A stretch of 64,000 nucleotides of DNA from a bacterium (lineage in GTDB: Bacteria > JADJOY01), in assembly GCA_046331705.1 (NCBI GenBank), contig JAXLQJ010000031.1, positions 1 through 64,000 on the forward strand. Direction: 5' to 3'. Below, piece after piece: positions 19,485 to 29,368 of the stretch. The translations under genes were made by a program, and so were the position numbers. Each line of letters starts with the position of its first letter. Within the stretch, counting starts at the first letter, position 1. The notes under the pieces are model-generated. The model saw only the letters and a program-made list of their open reading frames with translations, was not told the DNA's origin and made no database searches.

Positions 19485-20659
19485 CCGTCGATCTCCAGGT
19501 CCAGCGCGCATCCGGCCTCGAAGCCGAAGCGTGTCCCGCCTGCCGGTTGACGCACCTTGCCGGCGGCGTAGCCGCCCGCGGCCACCACGAAGACGCGAGC
19601 GGTGGTCTCGGCCCCGCCTTCGCCCTCGCTGGTGAGTCGCCCGAGCACGGTCACGCGACCGCCGCCCACGATGCGGCAGTTCGCGAGCACGCCGCTCGCC
19701 CCGATGGTGAGGTGCGTGTCCTCGCCCAGCTCGAGCTGGCAGCGCTCGAAGGTGCCGGCGACGGTCACGGTGGAGCCGGGCGCGAACTTGAGCTCGGCGT
19801 TGCGCAGCAGGTCGCCGCTGCCGAAGTAGCGCGCGTTCGGTTCGAGTGGTGGTGGTGGCGGCGCGCTGGCGCTCGGCTCGCCCGCCAGCGCAGTCGTCGG
19901 CGCGGGCGCCGCCGTGCCGGAGGCGGAGCGTGCGAGCGCCAGCGCCGGGAAGCCGCCGAGCTTGGCGCGCTCGGCTCGCTCGCTGCGATCCCCGCCGGTG
20001 CTCAGGTCGACCCAGGCCGTCTTCGAGCCTTCCAGCTGCACCTCGCTCAGCGCCGCGCCGAAGACACGCGCGCCGTCGAGGACCGCGCCGTGGAGCATCG
20101 CCGCGCCGAGATTCGAGTCCCGTAGGTCGGCATCGGTGAGATCCGCTTCCTCGAGGTTGGCGGCTTGCAGGTTGGCGCGCGCCAGGTCGGAGCCGCGCAA
20201 GATGGCGCCGCCCAGGTAGGCCGCGTTCCAGTCCGCGCCCCGACAGCGCGCTCCGCCGAGGTCTGCCTTGCCGAGGTTGGCGTCGACCAGCACGGCGCGT
20301 TCGAGGCGCGCGTTCACCAGGCAAGCACGCTCCAGTGAGGCGCCTTCCAGGTTGGCGGCGGCGAGGTCCGCGCCGCGCAGCGCGGCCTTCGAGAGGTCGG
20401 CGCCCTCGAGGTCGGCGTGGCGCAGCTTGGCGCCTTCGAGGAGCGCCTCGCTCAGGTGCGCCTCGCGGAGGTTCGCGCTCGACAAGTCGGCGCCGCGCAA
20501 GTCGGCGCCGGCGAGGTTGGCGCCGTGCAGATCGGCGCGGGCCAGGTTCGCCTTGGGGATGGAGATCCCTTGTAGCTCGAGTCCCGCCAGATTCGCGCGC
20601 TCGAGTGATCCGGCGAGCTCGAGATCGCGTAGCACGTTCTGCGCCGAGCGACTGCTCAT
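19481..20659 (-). CDS. Pentapeptide-repeat protein with Pro-rich linker and C-terminal bactofilin-like domain
   Basis: Roughly 35 A(D/N)Lxx repeats; PPPPP linker; VTVAG...LTIGASGVL...VTVLG...VVAAGG.AAG C-terminus; GAAGGAG RBS. Confidence 0.9.
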   Translation of the reverse strand: MSSRSAQNVLRDLELAGSLERANLAGLELQGISIPKANLARADLHGANLAGADLRGADLSSANLREAHLSEALLEGAKLRHADLEGADLSKAALRGADLAAANLEGASLERACLVNARLERAVLVDANLGKADLGGARCRGADWNAAYLGGAILRGSDLARANLQAANLEEADLTDADLRDSNLGAAMLHGAVLDGARVFGAALSEVQLEGSKTAWVDLSTGGDRSERAERAKLGGFPALALARSASGTAAPAPTTALAGEPSASAPPPPPLEPNARYFGSGDLLRNAELKFAPGSTVTVAGTFERCQLELGEDTHLTIGASGVLANCRIVGGGRVTVLGRLTSEGEGGAETTARVFVVAAGGYAAGKVRQPAGGTRFGFEAGCALDLEIDG

Positions 20660-20716
20660 GACGGCTCCTTCGTCACCATGGACGGCGCGTGCCCGGCCGG
20701 CTCGATCGCGGCGGGC

Positions 20717-21838
20717 TCAGCGGCTTCCCATGCGTGGCACTCGTCCCCCGACGGACTCGACGTAGCGAGTCAATCGATCGATTCGTTTCTCGTAGGGCAG
20801 CGGTCGCAGCGTGTCCACGAGCCCGCGCTCGCCGAGCTCCGCCAGCGCCACCTGGATTTGCAGCACCAGATCGAGGCGCCGCCGGCGGTGCGCCCAGCGC
20901 ACGCGGTCCTCGCGGCGCAGCGCCTCGTACGCCTGATGCGCGTCGCGCAGCTCCGCCACCAGCGCGGCGACGCGTCCGATCCGCTCGGCCCGCGCCGCCG
21001 GGTCGTCCGCCGCGCTGCGCGCCGCGAGGTAGCCCTGCACCCGCACGCAGATGCGCGTGGCCAGCGACTCGGAGATGCCGGCGGTCACGGCGAGGTCCTT
21101 GGGTGTGGCCTCGGCGAACATCTCCACGGCCGTCAATCCAGCCCCGAAGATCTTGTCGAGCGTGACCGTTCCCACGTCCGGGATCTGCCGCAGCAGCGCG
21201 AGGAGGATGATGTCCTCGGCGGAGGGCGGCGCCGCTTCCTCGAGCCGAAACGCCGCGGGCAGCGCCTGCTCGAGAGCGTCGTAGGAGTCGAGGATGCGGG
21301 TGCGGACGATCCCGGAGACGATGGGCTCGCGCGCCTCGACCGCGGTCTGCAGCGCCGCAGCGAAGCGCGAGAGCTTGCTGACGAGGTCGCCCACCGGGAG
21401 CCGCTCGGCGGCGCGCACCACCATCTCCATCGCCGGGCGGTGCATGTCGAGGCCGGCGGAGCTGGTGGGCCCGTTGCGCAGGTGCGACACGAAGCGCCGC
21501 ACCGGCGCGATGTAGGTCCGCGTGATCTCGCAGAAGGCGCGGATCGGATCGCCCTGGTCGGCGACCGCGGTTGCGTCCTCCGACGACGATCCGAACGACC
21601 CCGGAAGCTCGATGGCGGTGACGCCGAGCACCGTGCCGGTGGAAGCGCCGGCGGGCGCGCTCGGGTCCGCGAAGAGCGCATCCATGCGCCGATCGACGAG
21701 CTCCGCGAGCGTCGCGTCGGGCGCTGCCGCCGCTGGATCGGGCGCCGGCGACTGCGGGTCCTCGAACATCCGCGGAAACGCGGCAGCGTCGGTACTGGGG
21801 CGCGAACGGCGATGGCGAACGCGTGACCAGAGGCTCAT
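20717..21838 (-). CDS. Helix-hairpin-helix domain protein (start uncertain)
   Basis: LRQIPDVG.VTLDKIFGAGL...LAVTAGISESLATRI tandem HhH motif inside a helical protein. Confidence 0.7.
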   Translation of the reverse strand: MSLWSRVRHRRSRPSTDAAAFPRMFEDPQSPAPDPAAAAPDATLAELVDRRMDALFADPSAPAGASTGTVLGVTAIELPGSFGSSSEDATAVADQGDPIRAFCEITRTYIAPVRRFVSHLRNGPTSSAGLDMHRPAMEMVVRAAERLPVGDLVSKLSRFAAALQTAVEAREPIVSGIVRTRILDSYDALEQALPAAFRLEEAAPPSAEDIILLALLRQIPDVGTVTLDKIFGAGLTAVEMFAEATPKDLAVTAGISESLATRICVRVQGYLAARSAADDPAARAERIGRVAALVAELRDAHQAYEALRREDRVRWAHRRRRLDLVLQIQVALAELGERGLVDTLRPLPYEKRIDRLTRYVESVGGRVPRMGSR

Positions 21839-22110
21839 GGGGTCGAGGTGCGTCGCGCGAAGGACGGGCTGCCTCGCGCCGGATCTTGCGCGCGAGCGAA
21901 GGCCAGACGTTCCATTATGCCCAGATCCGCGCGGCCGCGGCCAAGCCCTCCGTGCCGCGGGTGGTGGACGCGGGCGCGCGATTCGGGACGCTGACAAGAG
22001 CAAGCCCGAGCTGCAACAGTGGCGCGGAGTCGCTGCATGGCAGTGCCCGCGGATAGGCTCGCGAGGACGGCTCGTCGGCGGACTCGTCGCCGCGGCACGC
22101 GAAGAACCGA

Positions 22111-24372
22111 ATGCACGACACACGCGCAGCGTACCGGGAATTCCTCGACACCGTTCCCGACGGCGCGCTGGTCGTCGATGCGACGGGGCGGATCGTGATC
22201 GCGAACGGGCCGGCCACGGTGCTGTTCGGCTATCGCCACGCCGAGCTCGAGGGGCGATCGATCCACGACCTCGTGCCAGAGGAGCAGCGGGACGCGCACG
22301 TCGACCACGTGCGGGCCTACGGCGAAGCGCCGGGCGTTCGTCCGATGGGTGCGCGCACGGGTCTCACGGCGCGGTGCGCCGACGGTCGCGTCGCGCCTAT
22401 CGACGTCATGCTCGGACCGATCGCGCTCGAGGGCCAGACGTACACCGTGGCGATCGTGCGCGACCTCACGGCCTGGCGGCAGCTGCACGCCGAGCTCGAA
22501 GAGGCTCGTGCCGCGCTCGAGCGGCAGGTGTGGGCGCGAACCGCCGAGCTCGAGACGGCGAACGAGGCGCTGCGCGCCGAGATCCGCGACCGCGCCGTGC
22601 TGCACGACGCGCTCCACGAGAGCGAGGCGCGACTGCGCGAAGCGGTGGCGGTGGCCAAGATCGGCATCTTCGAGCACGACCACCGCACGGACTCGATCTA
22701 CTGGTCGCCCCAGCAGCGTCAGATCTACGGGTTGGGACCGGACGAGGCGATCACCCTCGACGTCTTCCTCGCTCAGGTACACCCCGAGGACCGCGACGCG
22801 ATCGCCGCCGCCGTGGAACGAGCGCACGACCCGCGCGGCGATGGCCGGTACGACGTCGAGCACCGCATCACGCGGCGCGACGGCGAGGTGCGTTGGATCA
22901 TGACGCGCTCCGAGACCTCGTTCGAAGGCGAGGGTGAGGCGCGTCACAAGGTGCGCACCGTCGGCGCGGTGGTGGACGCGACCGACCGCCGGCGCGCGGA
23001 GGAGAGCTTGCGGCGCAGCGACGCGCGCAACCGCGCGCTCGTCGACGCCATCCCCGACCTCTTGTTCCAGGTGGACCGCGACGGCACCTTCGTCGACTAT
23101 CACGCCCGGATTGGTTCCGATCTCTACGTCGAGCCGGGACGCTTTCTGGGACGGCGAATGCAGGACGTGCTCCCGCCGCACGTGGCCGAGCCCGCGCTGG
23201 CCGCCACCGAGAAGGCCATTCGCACCCAGAGCACCGTCACGTTCGAGTACATGCTCGCCATCGGCGACGAGCAGCGCTGGTACGAGGATCGCGTCGTGCC
23301 GCTCTCGACGCGCGAGGCGCTGTCGGTGGTCCGCGACATCACCGACGCGAAGCGATCCGCGGAGGCGATCCGCATTCGCGACCAAGCCCTCGAGACCTCG
23401 ATCACGCCGATCGTCATGACCGACCTCGACACGCGGTTCACCTACGTGAACCGCGCGTTCCGTCAGCAATGGGGCTTCGATTCCGCGAGCGACATCCTCG
23501 GCCAGAGCGCCGCGGTGCTCGCGGACCCAGGGAAGGCGCTCGAGATCCAGCGTGAGCTCGCGCGCGCCGGAGAGTGGCTCGGCGAGCTCACGACGAGGCG
23601 CAAGGACGGCACGCCCCTCGACGTCCAGGTCGCCGCCAGCCGTGTGGTGGACGAGCGCGGACAGCCGATCGGCATCATGGCGTCGCTCGTCGACGTCACC
23701 GAGCGCAACCGGGCCGAGCGCCAGATCCGCGCGGCGCTCGTCGAGAAGGAATCGCTGCTGCGCGAGGTGCACCACCGGGTCAAGAACAATCTGCAGGCGA
23801 TGATCTCGATGGTGCACGTGCAGCGCCACCGCGTCCAGGATGCGGCGACGTTGGCGTTTCTCGCGGCGCTCGAGGATCGAGCGCGCACGATGGCGCTCGT
23901 CTACGATCAGCTGTTCCGCTGCGACAACCTGGCGCGCGTCGACATGGCGCGCTATCTGGGCGACCTGGCGAACAACGTGCTCAAGTCGTTCCTGCGCTCG
24001 CGCGCGGTCGATCTCGAGCTCGACGTCGGGCCCGTGTCGCTCGACGTGGCGCAAGCGATGCCCTGCGGGCTGATCGTGAACGAGTTGCTGACGAACAGCC
24101 TCAAGCACGCCTTTCCGCAGCCGTTGCCGCGCCGCCCGAAGATCTCGGTGGGATTCCGGATGGATGCCGGGCGCTGCGCGCTGACGGTGGCCGACAACGG
24201 CGTCGGGCTCCCCGAGGGCACGGTTCCGGGCAACGAGCTCACCTCGGGCCTTGGCCTCGTGAAGCTCTGGGCTTCCCATCAGCTGGGCGGGACACTCGAG
24301 GTCCGCGGCGGAGTCGGTGTGACGTATACGGTGCGATTCGACGTCGAGCGGCGTGGAGCTCGCGGCTCGTGA
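22111..24372 (+). CDS. Multi-PAS sensor histidine kinase (HisKA_2 type)
   Basis: Four PAS/PAC repeats ending RDLT, DAT, RDIT, DVT; H-box EVHHRVKNNLQ; NELLTNSLKHAF; DNGVG; GLGL. Confidence 0.93.
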   Translation: MHDTRAAYREFLDTVPDGALVVDATGRIVIANGPATVLFGYRHAELEGRSIHDLVPEEQRDAHVDHVRAYGEAPGVRPMGARTGLTARCADGRVAPIDVMLGPIALEGQTYTVAIVRDLTAWRQLHAELEEARAALERQVWARTAELETANEALRAEIRDRAVLHDALHESEARLREAVAVAKIGIFEHDHRTDSIYWSPQQRQIYGLGPDEAITLDVFLAQVHPEDRDAIAAAVERAHDPRGDGRYDVEHRITRRDGEVRWIMTRSETSFEGEGEARHKVRTVGAVVDATDRRRAEESLRRSDARNRALVDAIPDLLFQVDRDGTFVDYHARIGSDLYVEPGRFLGRRMQDVLPPHVAEPALAATEKAIRTQSTVTFEYMLAIGDEQRWYEDRVVPLSTREALSVVRDITDAKRSAEAIRIRDQALETSITPIVMTDLDTRFTYVNRAFRQQWGFDSASDILGQSAAVLADPGKALEIQRELARAGEWLGELTTRRKDGTPLDVQVAASRVVDERGQPIGIMASLVDVTERNRAERQIRAALVEKESLLREVHHRVKNNLQAMISMVHVQRHRVQDAATLAFLAALEDRARTMALVYDQLFRCDNLARVDMARYLGDLANNVLKSFLRSRAVDLELDVGPVSLDVAQAMPCGLIVNELLTNSLKHAFPQPLPRRPKISVGFRMDAGRCALTVADNGVGLPEGTVPGNELTSGLGLVKLWASHQLGGTLEVRGGVGVTYTVRFDVERRGARGS

Positions 24373-24500
24373 GGGAACGCCGTGCGCTGCTTCGCGCGCG
24401 CAGCCGCGCGTTCGTCGCGCCGCGCCAGCAGCGCCTGCGTGTTCGGCTCTTGGTGCGGCGCCCGTGACGCGGTAGGAACGCGTGCCCGAGATCGCGGCGG

Positions 24501-26282
24501 ATGCCCCGAATGCGCTGGCGCTGGCTCGCACAAGACCTGCTCGAGATCCCGACCTTCGCGCGGATGTCGCTGGCGCTTCGGCGCGCATCGGCGACCGGAC
24601 GCGATACCTGCGCGACGCTGGTCGTGCGCCAGGCCGAGCGATACGGCGAGCGCCCGCTGCTCCGGTTCGAGGACGAGTGCGTGAGCTACGCCGAGTTCAA
24701 TCGGCGCGTGAACCGATTCGCCCACTGGCTGCGAAGCGAGGGGATCCGGCGCGGCGACGTATTCGCGCTGATGATGCGGAACTCGCCCTCCTTCCTGGTC
24801 GCCGAGGCGGCGGCTGCCAAGGTCGGAGCGGTGGCGGCGCTGGTGAACCATCACCTGGTGGGCGCGGCGCTCGCGCACGTGCTGGCGGCTGCGGAGCCGA
24901 AGCTCGTGGTGGGCGATGCCGCCGCGGTCGAGGCGCTCGCCGCCGCGCGTGGAGACCTGCCGATCTGGGCCGAGGGCGACGCGGCGCGCTTGCCGCCGGG
25001 ATTCGGCGCCCTCGACGCCGCCCTCGCCGCGTCCGACGAGCACGAGCCGCCTCTTGCCGATCTCACTGGCGGCGACGTGTTCCTCTACATCTACACCTCC
25101 GGGACCACGGGCTATCCCAAGCCCGCGATCATCCGCCACATGCGCTTCACGATGGGCGGAATCGCGCTCTCGGGCCTCTTCGGCATCGGCGCCGACGACT
25201 GTGTCTACGCGCCGCTGCCGCTCTACCACGGCCAATCGAACTTCGTGGGGTTCTCCGTGGCGCTGCGCGCCGGAGCCGCGTTCGCGTCGCGACGGGTGTT
25301 CAGCGCCAGCGAGTTCCTGGCCGACGTGCGGCGCCACGGCGCCACGATGTTTGTGTACGTGGGCGAGCTCTGCCGCTATTTGCTGGCCCAGCCGCCGAGC
25401 GCGGCGGATCGCGATCACCGGCTGCGCGTGGCCGCGGGCGCGGGCATGCGTCCCGACGTGTGGACCGCGTTCCAGCAGCGCTTCGGCGTGGCGCGGATCT
25501 TCGAGATGTACGGCGCCACCGAGGCCAACGTGACGCTCATGAATCGCGGCAATCGCCCCGGCTCGGTGGGGCGCTGCTATCCGTTCCAGCACGCCGGCGC
25601 GCGGCTGGCGCGGATCGACGGAGGCTCGGGCGAGCTGGTGCGCGGTGCCGATGGGCGGTTGATCGAGTGCGCCGACGGCGAGCCCGGCGAGCTTCTCGGC
25701 CGCGTCGGCAAGGGCCTCATCCGCTACGACGGCTACGTCGACAAGGAGCAAAGCGAGCGCAAGCTGGTGCGCGACGCGTTTCGCGACGGCGACGCCTGGT
25801 TTCGCACCGGCGACCTGCTCTCGCGCGACCGCGACGGCTACTACTACTTCGCCGATCGGCTCGGCGACACCTACCGCTGGAAGGGCGAGAACGTCGCCAC
25901 GCAGGAGGTGGCCGACACGCTCAATCGCTCGGCGTGGGTGCGGGAGAGTGCCGTGTTCGGCGTGGCCGTGCCGGGCAGCGACGGGCGCGCGGGGATGGCG
26001 GCGATCGTGCCGAGCGCCTCGGTCGCGTTCGACGGCGCCGCGCTCTGGGCCTACGTCACCGAGAACCTGCCCAGCTACGCGCGGCCGGTGTTCCTGCGAT
26101 TGGTGGCGAGCCTGACCGTCACGGGTACGCTCAAGCAGCGCAAGGTCGAGCTGCGCGAGGAAGGTTACGATCCGACGCGGATCGCCGATCCGCTCTACGT
26201 GCGTGACGACTCCGCCCGTGGCTACGTCCCGCTCACGGTGGCGCGCTGCACGGCGATCGCGACCGGCTCCGAGCGGCTCTGA
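24501..26282 (+). CDS. Long-chain acyl-CoA synthetase (FATP/VLACS type)
   Basis: YIYTSGTTGYPK, YVGELCRYL, EMYGATE, WFRTGD, DRLGDTYRWKGENV. Confidence 0.95.
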   Translation: MPRMRWRWLAQDLLEIPTFARMSLALRRASATGRDTCATLVVRQAERYGERPLLRFEDECVSYAEFNRRVNRFAHWLRSEGIRRGDVFALMMRNSPSFLVAEAAAAKVGAVAALVNHHLVGAALAHVLAAAEPKLVVGDAAAVEALAAARGDLPIWAEGDAARLPPGFGALDAALAASDEHEPPLADLTGGDVFLYIYTSGTTGYPKPAIIRHMRFTMGGIALSGLFGIGADDCVYAPLPLYHGQSNFVGFSVALRAGAAFASRRVFSASEFLADVRRHGATMFVYVGELCRYLLAQPPSAADRDHRLRVAAGAGMRPDVWTAFQQRFGVARIFEMYGATEANVTLMNRGNRPGSVGRCYPFQHAGARLARIDGGSGELVRGADGRLIECADGEPGELLGRVGKGLIRYDGYVDKEQSERKLVRDAFRDGDAWFRTGDLLSRDRDGYYYFADRLGDTYRWKGENVATQEVADTLNRSAWVRESAVFGVAVPGSDGRAGMAAIVPSASVAFDGAALWAYVTENLPSYARPVFLRLVASLTVTGTLKQRKVELREEGYDPTRIADPLYVRDDSARGYVPLTVARCTAIATGSERL

Positions 26283-26326
26283 CCCACGCTGACTCGAGTC
26301 TCACGCCCGCCACCCAGAGGAGCGCC

Positions 26327-27331
26327 ATGTCGAGGGATCCCATCACCGCGGACTCGCGGCTCGTGCTGCCGGGCTCGGACGTGACCATCCCGCCACTCGG
26401 TGTGGGCACCTGGGCGTGGGGAGACCTCGAGACGTGGGGTTACCAGGGCTACGACAAGTCCTTCAGCGACGACACGATCCGCGAGGCCTACCGCCGTTCG
26501 ATCGAGCTCGGCGTCACGTTCTTCGATACCGCCGAGGGTTACGGCCACGGCGAGAGCGAGCGCATCCTGGCGCGGCTGCGCGCCGCCGATCCGGCGCTCG
26601 CCGAGCGCACGGTGATCGCCACCAAGTTCGTGCCCTTTCCGTGGCGGCGGCCGTTCGCGAAGAAGCTGCGCGCGTCGCTCGACGCCTCGCTGGAACGGTT
26701 GCGCATGCCGTTCGTGCACCTCTACCAGATCCACGGGCCGATCAGCTTCGCGCCCGCGTCAGCGCTCGCGGCGCCGCTCGCCGACGCCCACCGCGCCGGT
26801 CTGGTGAAGGCGGTGGGTGTCTCGAATTACTCGGAGCGCGAGATGCGTGCGATGCACCGCGAGCTCGCGAAACGCGGCGTGCCGCTCGCCTCGAATCAGG
26901 TCGAGTTCTCGCTGCTCCGGCGCATGCCCGAGGCCGTGGGGCTGCTGAAAGCGTGCAAGGAGCTGGGCGTGATCCTGCTCGCGTACTCGCCGATCGGGCA
27001 GGGGCGGCTCACCGGGAAGTACTCGGTGGCGAACCCGCCTCCGGGACGGCGCAACTTTTCCAATCACGAGCCGGCCGCCATCGAGCGCATCGTCGGCGAG
27101 CTGCGCTCGATCGGAGACGGGGCGGGTGGCAAGACGCCGGCGCAAGTCGCGCTCAACTGGCTCCTGTGCAAAGGCGCGGTGCCGATTCCCGGTGCCAAGA
27201 ACCGCGTGCAAGCCGAACAGAACGCGGGTGCGCTGGGCTGGCGTCTGCGCGAGGACGACGTCGCGAGGCTCGATCGCCTGGCACTCTACGGCCAGCGCAG
27301 CCTCATGCACCGCATCTGGCAGCACGGATGA
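26327..27331 (+). CDS. Aldo/keto reductase
   Basis: GVGTWAWG, FFDTAEGYG, IATKF, LYQIH, AVGVSNY, AYSPIGQG. Confidence 0.94.
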   Translation: MSRDPITADSRLVLPGSDVTIPPLGVGTWAWGDLETWGYQGYDKSFSDDTIREAYRRSIELGVTFFDTAEGYGHGESERILARLRAADPALAERTVIATKFVPFPWRRPFAKKLRASLDASLERLRMPFVHLYQIHGPISFAPASALAAPLADAHRAGLVKAVGVSNYSEREMRAMHRELAKRGVPLASNQVEFSLLRRMPEAVGLLKACKELGVILLAYSPIGQGRLTGKYSVANPPPGRRNFSNHEPAAIERIVGELRSIGDGAGGKTPAQVALNWLLCKGAVPIPGAKNRVQAEQNAGALGWRLREDDVARLDRLALYGQRSLMHRIWQHG

Positions 27332-27756
27332 GCGAGCCGCTCGTCGTCCGAGCGTTCGAACCCGCCGACACCGAGGGCGTGGTGGCGCTCTGGGATCGCT
27401 GCGGGCTCACGCGACCCTGGAACGATCCGCGGAAGGACATCGCCCGCAAGCTCGCGGTGCAGGCCGATCTCTTTCTGATCGCGACTTGCGGCGGCGACGT
27501 GATCGCGACGGTGATGGCGGGCTACGACGGGCATCGCGGCTGGATCAACTACCTCGCCGTCGATCCGGCGCGGCGCCGCGCTGGGCTCGGCCGTCGGCTG
27601 ATGAACGAAGCCGAAGCGCGACTGCGCGCCCTCGGTTGTCCCAAGATCAACTTGCAAGTGCGCGCCGACAACCGCGACGCCATCGCCTTCTACGAGCACA
27701 TGGGCTACGCGGTGGACGACACCGTCTCCCTCGGCAAACGCCTCGAGCACGATTGA
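27328..27756 (+). CDS. ypeA: GNAT acetyltransferase, YpeA-like
   Basis: GLTRPWNDP, GYDGHRGWINYLAVDP, GCPKINLQVR; ATGA coupling to AKR. Confidence 0.88.
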   Translation: MSEPLVVRAFEPADTEGVVALWDRCGLTRPWNDPRKDIARKLAVQADLFLIATCGGDVIATVMAGYDGHRGWINYLAVDPARRRAGLGRRLMNEAEARLRALGCPKINLQVRADNRDAIAFYEHMGYAVDDTVSLGKRLEHD

Positions 27757-27781
27757 ACGATTCGGCGCCGGTTGCCGCACT

Positions 27782-27895
27782 GCCGATGGAGCGCCACCGG
27801 TCTGTCGGTGGGCTCGGCGGGAGATCGGGCGTTGCGAGAGACCGCAACGCGTCCATCGGCTCAAGTGCGCGTGACCGCACCGGTCACGTTGAGCC
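27782..27895. other. Cluster of stem-loops in intergenic DNA 3' of the RAYT gene
   Basis: GCCGATGGA/TCCATCGGC, GCGTTGCG/CGCAACGC, CGTGACCG/CGGTCACG, GGCTCAA/TTGAGCC pairings. Confidence 0.55.
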
Positions 27896-27950
27896 CCAGC
27901 GCTTGGCGGTCGACGATGCCGCAAATGATCTGGGGCTGTCGTCCCCCGAT

Positions 27951-28039
27951 AGAGGGTGCCCCCCGAGAGAGGGTGCCACCCACCTGGTTGATCGCGAGCG
28001 TTGAACGAGACCCACCCTCTTGAACGCGGGTGTTGAACG
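27951..28039. repeat. REP-like repeat cluster, left flank of RAYT
   Basis: AGAGGGTGCC x2 (27951, 27968); GGTGCCACCCAC (27972-27983); TTGAACG x3 (28001, 28020, 28033). Confidence 0.6.
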
Positions 28040-28217
28040 GGCACCCCGCGCCCTCGATCGATCATGCGGACGTCGTCGGTGAGCGTGTTTTCGAGGGGTT
28101 TGGGGGCAAGCGAGGCGACGAAAGCGATCGCGGCGAGCATCTCTGCTCACGCGATGCACACCGCTTCCGCTCACGACCGAGTGATCGCGTAGGCATTCGT
28201 CGCTGTCGTGAAGGTCG

Positions 28218-29141
28218 CTACGTTTGCAACGGCACGATCAAGGGTCGCCAGGGCGGAAAGGTAAACGCAGGGAACCGCACCCGGAGCGCTCCCTCACGAA
28301 AGCGCGCCGAGACGTCGCGATAGGTTGCGACGAGACTGCGCCAGCGCTCCCGAAACTCCTGCCAAAGCGCGCGCCGCGTCGTGTGACAGAGCGGTCGCGG
28401 CGAGTGATCGGACCGCGTCGGTGCGTCGTTCGCGTCCTGGCGGAGGATCTTCTTCACTCCGAGAACCGGCTTGCCGCGATGCTGCTCGCGGAGCGCCTGC
28501 GCCCGGCGCTCGACGGCGCGCACGATCGCGTTCGGATCGAGAACTCCTCCGTCTCCATCCTCGACGGGGGAGATCGTGGCGGTCTCCTCCTCGAAGTAGT
28601 CCTCTTGCCGGACCTTCTTGCCATCGCGCTCGGCGTTCGCCTTGGCGAGCTCGTACGCGGTCTTGTTCAGTCGGCGAAACGAGAACGTCTCGGGCTCGTG
28701 GCTCTTCGTCCAGAGCAGCACGCCCGGCCACTCGCGCCAGTCCTCGGTCAAGCGATTGTCGATCGGATTGCAGACGAGGTAGGCGATGCGCTCGGCGACG
28801 GCTTCGTCGTCGAGGATAGGCTCGGCCGAGAAGCGTCGATGAAAGATCGGCCCGCGCCGATCCCGTAGCGCGTTGACGTCCTTGGCGAGGCTGCCGAGGA
28901 AGTAACCGCAGAAGGCGCTTAACGAACCATCGCGATCGGTGACGACGGCGTGGAGGTGGTTCGAAGCGAGGTAGAAGCCATGCGCTTGAATTCCGGGAAA
29001 GCGTCTCAATGCTCGGCCAAGCCAGAATCCCACACGCTGGTTGAGGGCGACGCTGGGGACGAACGCGAACTTGGCGTCCAGTGTTCGCGACGTGATGAAC
29101 CAGCGGGTGCGCGGTGGGAGCCAACGAATCGGTCGCGGCAT
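28218..29141 (-). mobile_element. REP-associated tyrosine transposase (RAYT, Y1 HUH family)
   Basis: WFITSRT, SNHLH (HUH), RRGPIFHRRF, IAYLVCNP (catalytic Tyr), C-terminal YR...FREG...FPAFTFPP extension. Confidence 0.85.
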
Positions 29142-29245
29142 GACGTGTGGGCTTCAGGCAGGATTCGAGCCGACGGCATGCGTCCCGAATGCACTCGCGT
29201 TTCCGCGATCGCAACGCCGGCTGCTGCGTCTTCGGGGTCGCACAC

Positions 29246-29329
29246 CTGCGCCCCCGAGGGCGCAGCGTCACCCTCCGCGATGCCGGCATTGCGTGGGTGG
29301 CACCGGATCCCGGGATCCCGAGGATCCCG
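29246..29329. repeat. Hairpins and repeats, right flank of RAYT
   Basis: CTGCGCCC-CCGA-GGGCGCAG hairpin; GTGGGTGGCACC (29293-29304) is the reverse complement of 27972-27983; GGATCCCG x3 (29305-29329). Confidence 0.6.
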
Positions 29330-29368
29330 GACGAGTTTCGGCCTGGGCGAGGATTCGGCGTGCTTCGA

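Noticed and set aside
20050-20610. DNA-level tandem repeats
   Set aside because: Fully explained by the pentapeptide-repeat coding sequence.
27951-28050. Mini CRISPR array
   Set aside because: Repeats are only 7-10 bp with irregular short spacing, and there are no cas genes.
28218-29141. IS200/IS605 element with TnpB or IscB
   Set aside because: No RuvC nuclease ORF adjacent; length and C-terminal extension fit RAYT rather than the short IS200 TnpA.
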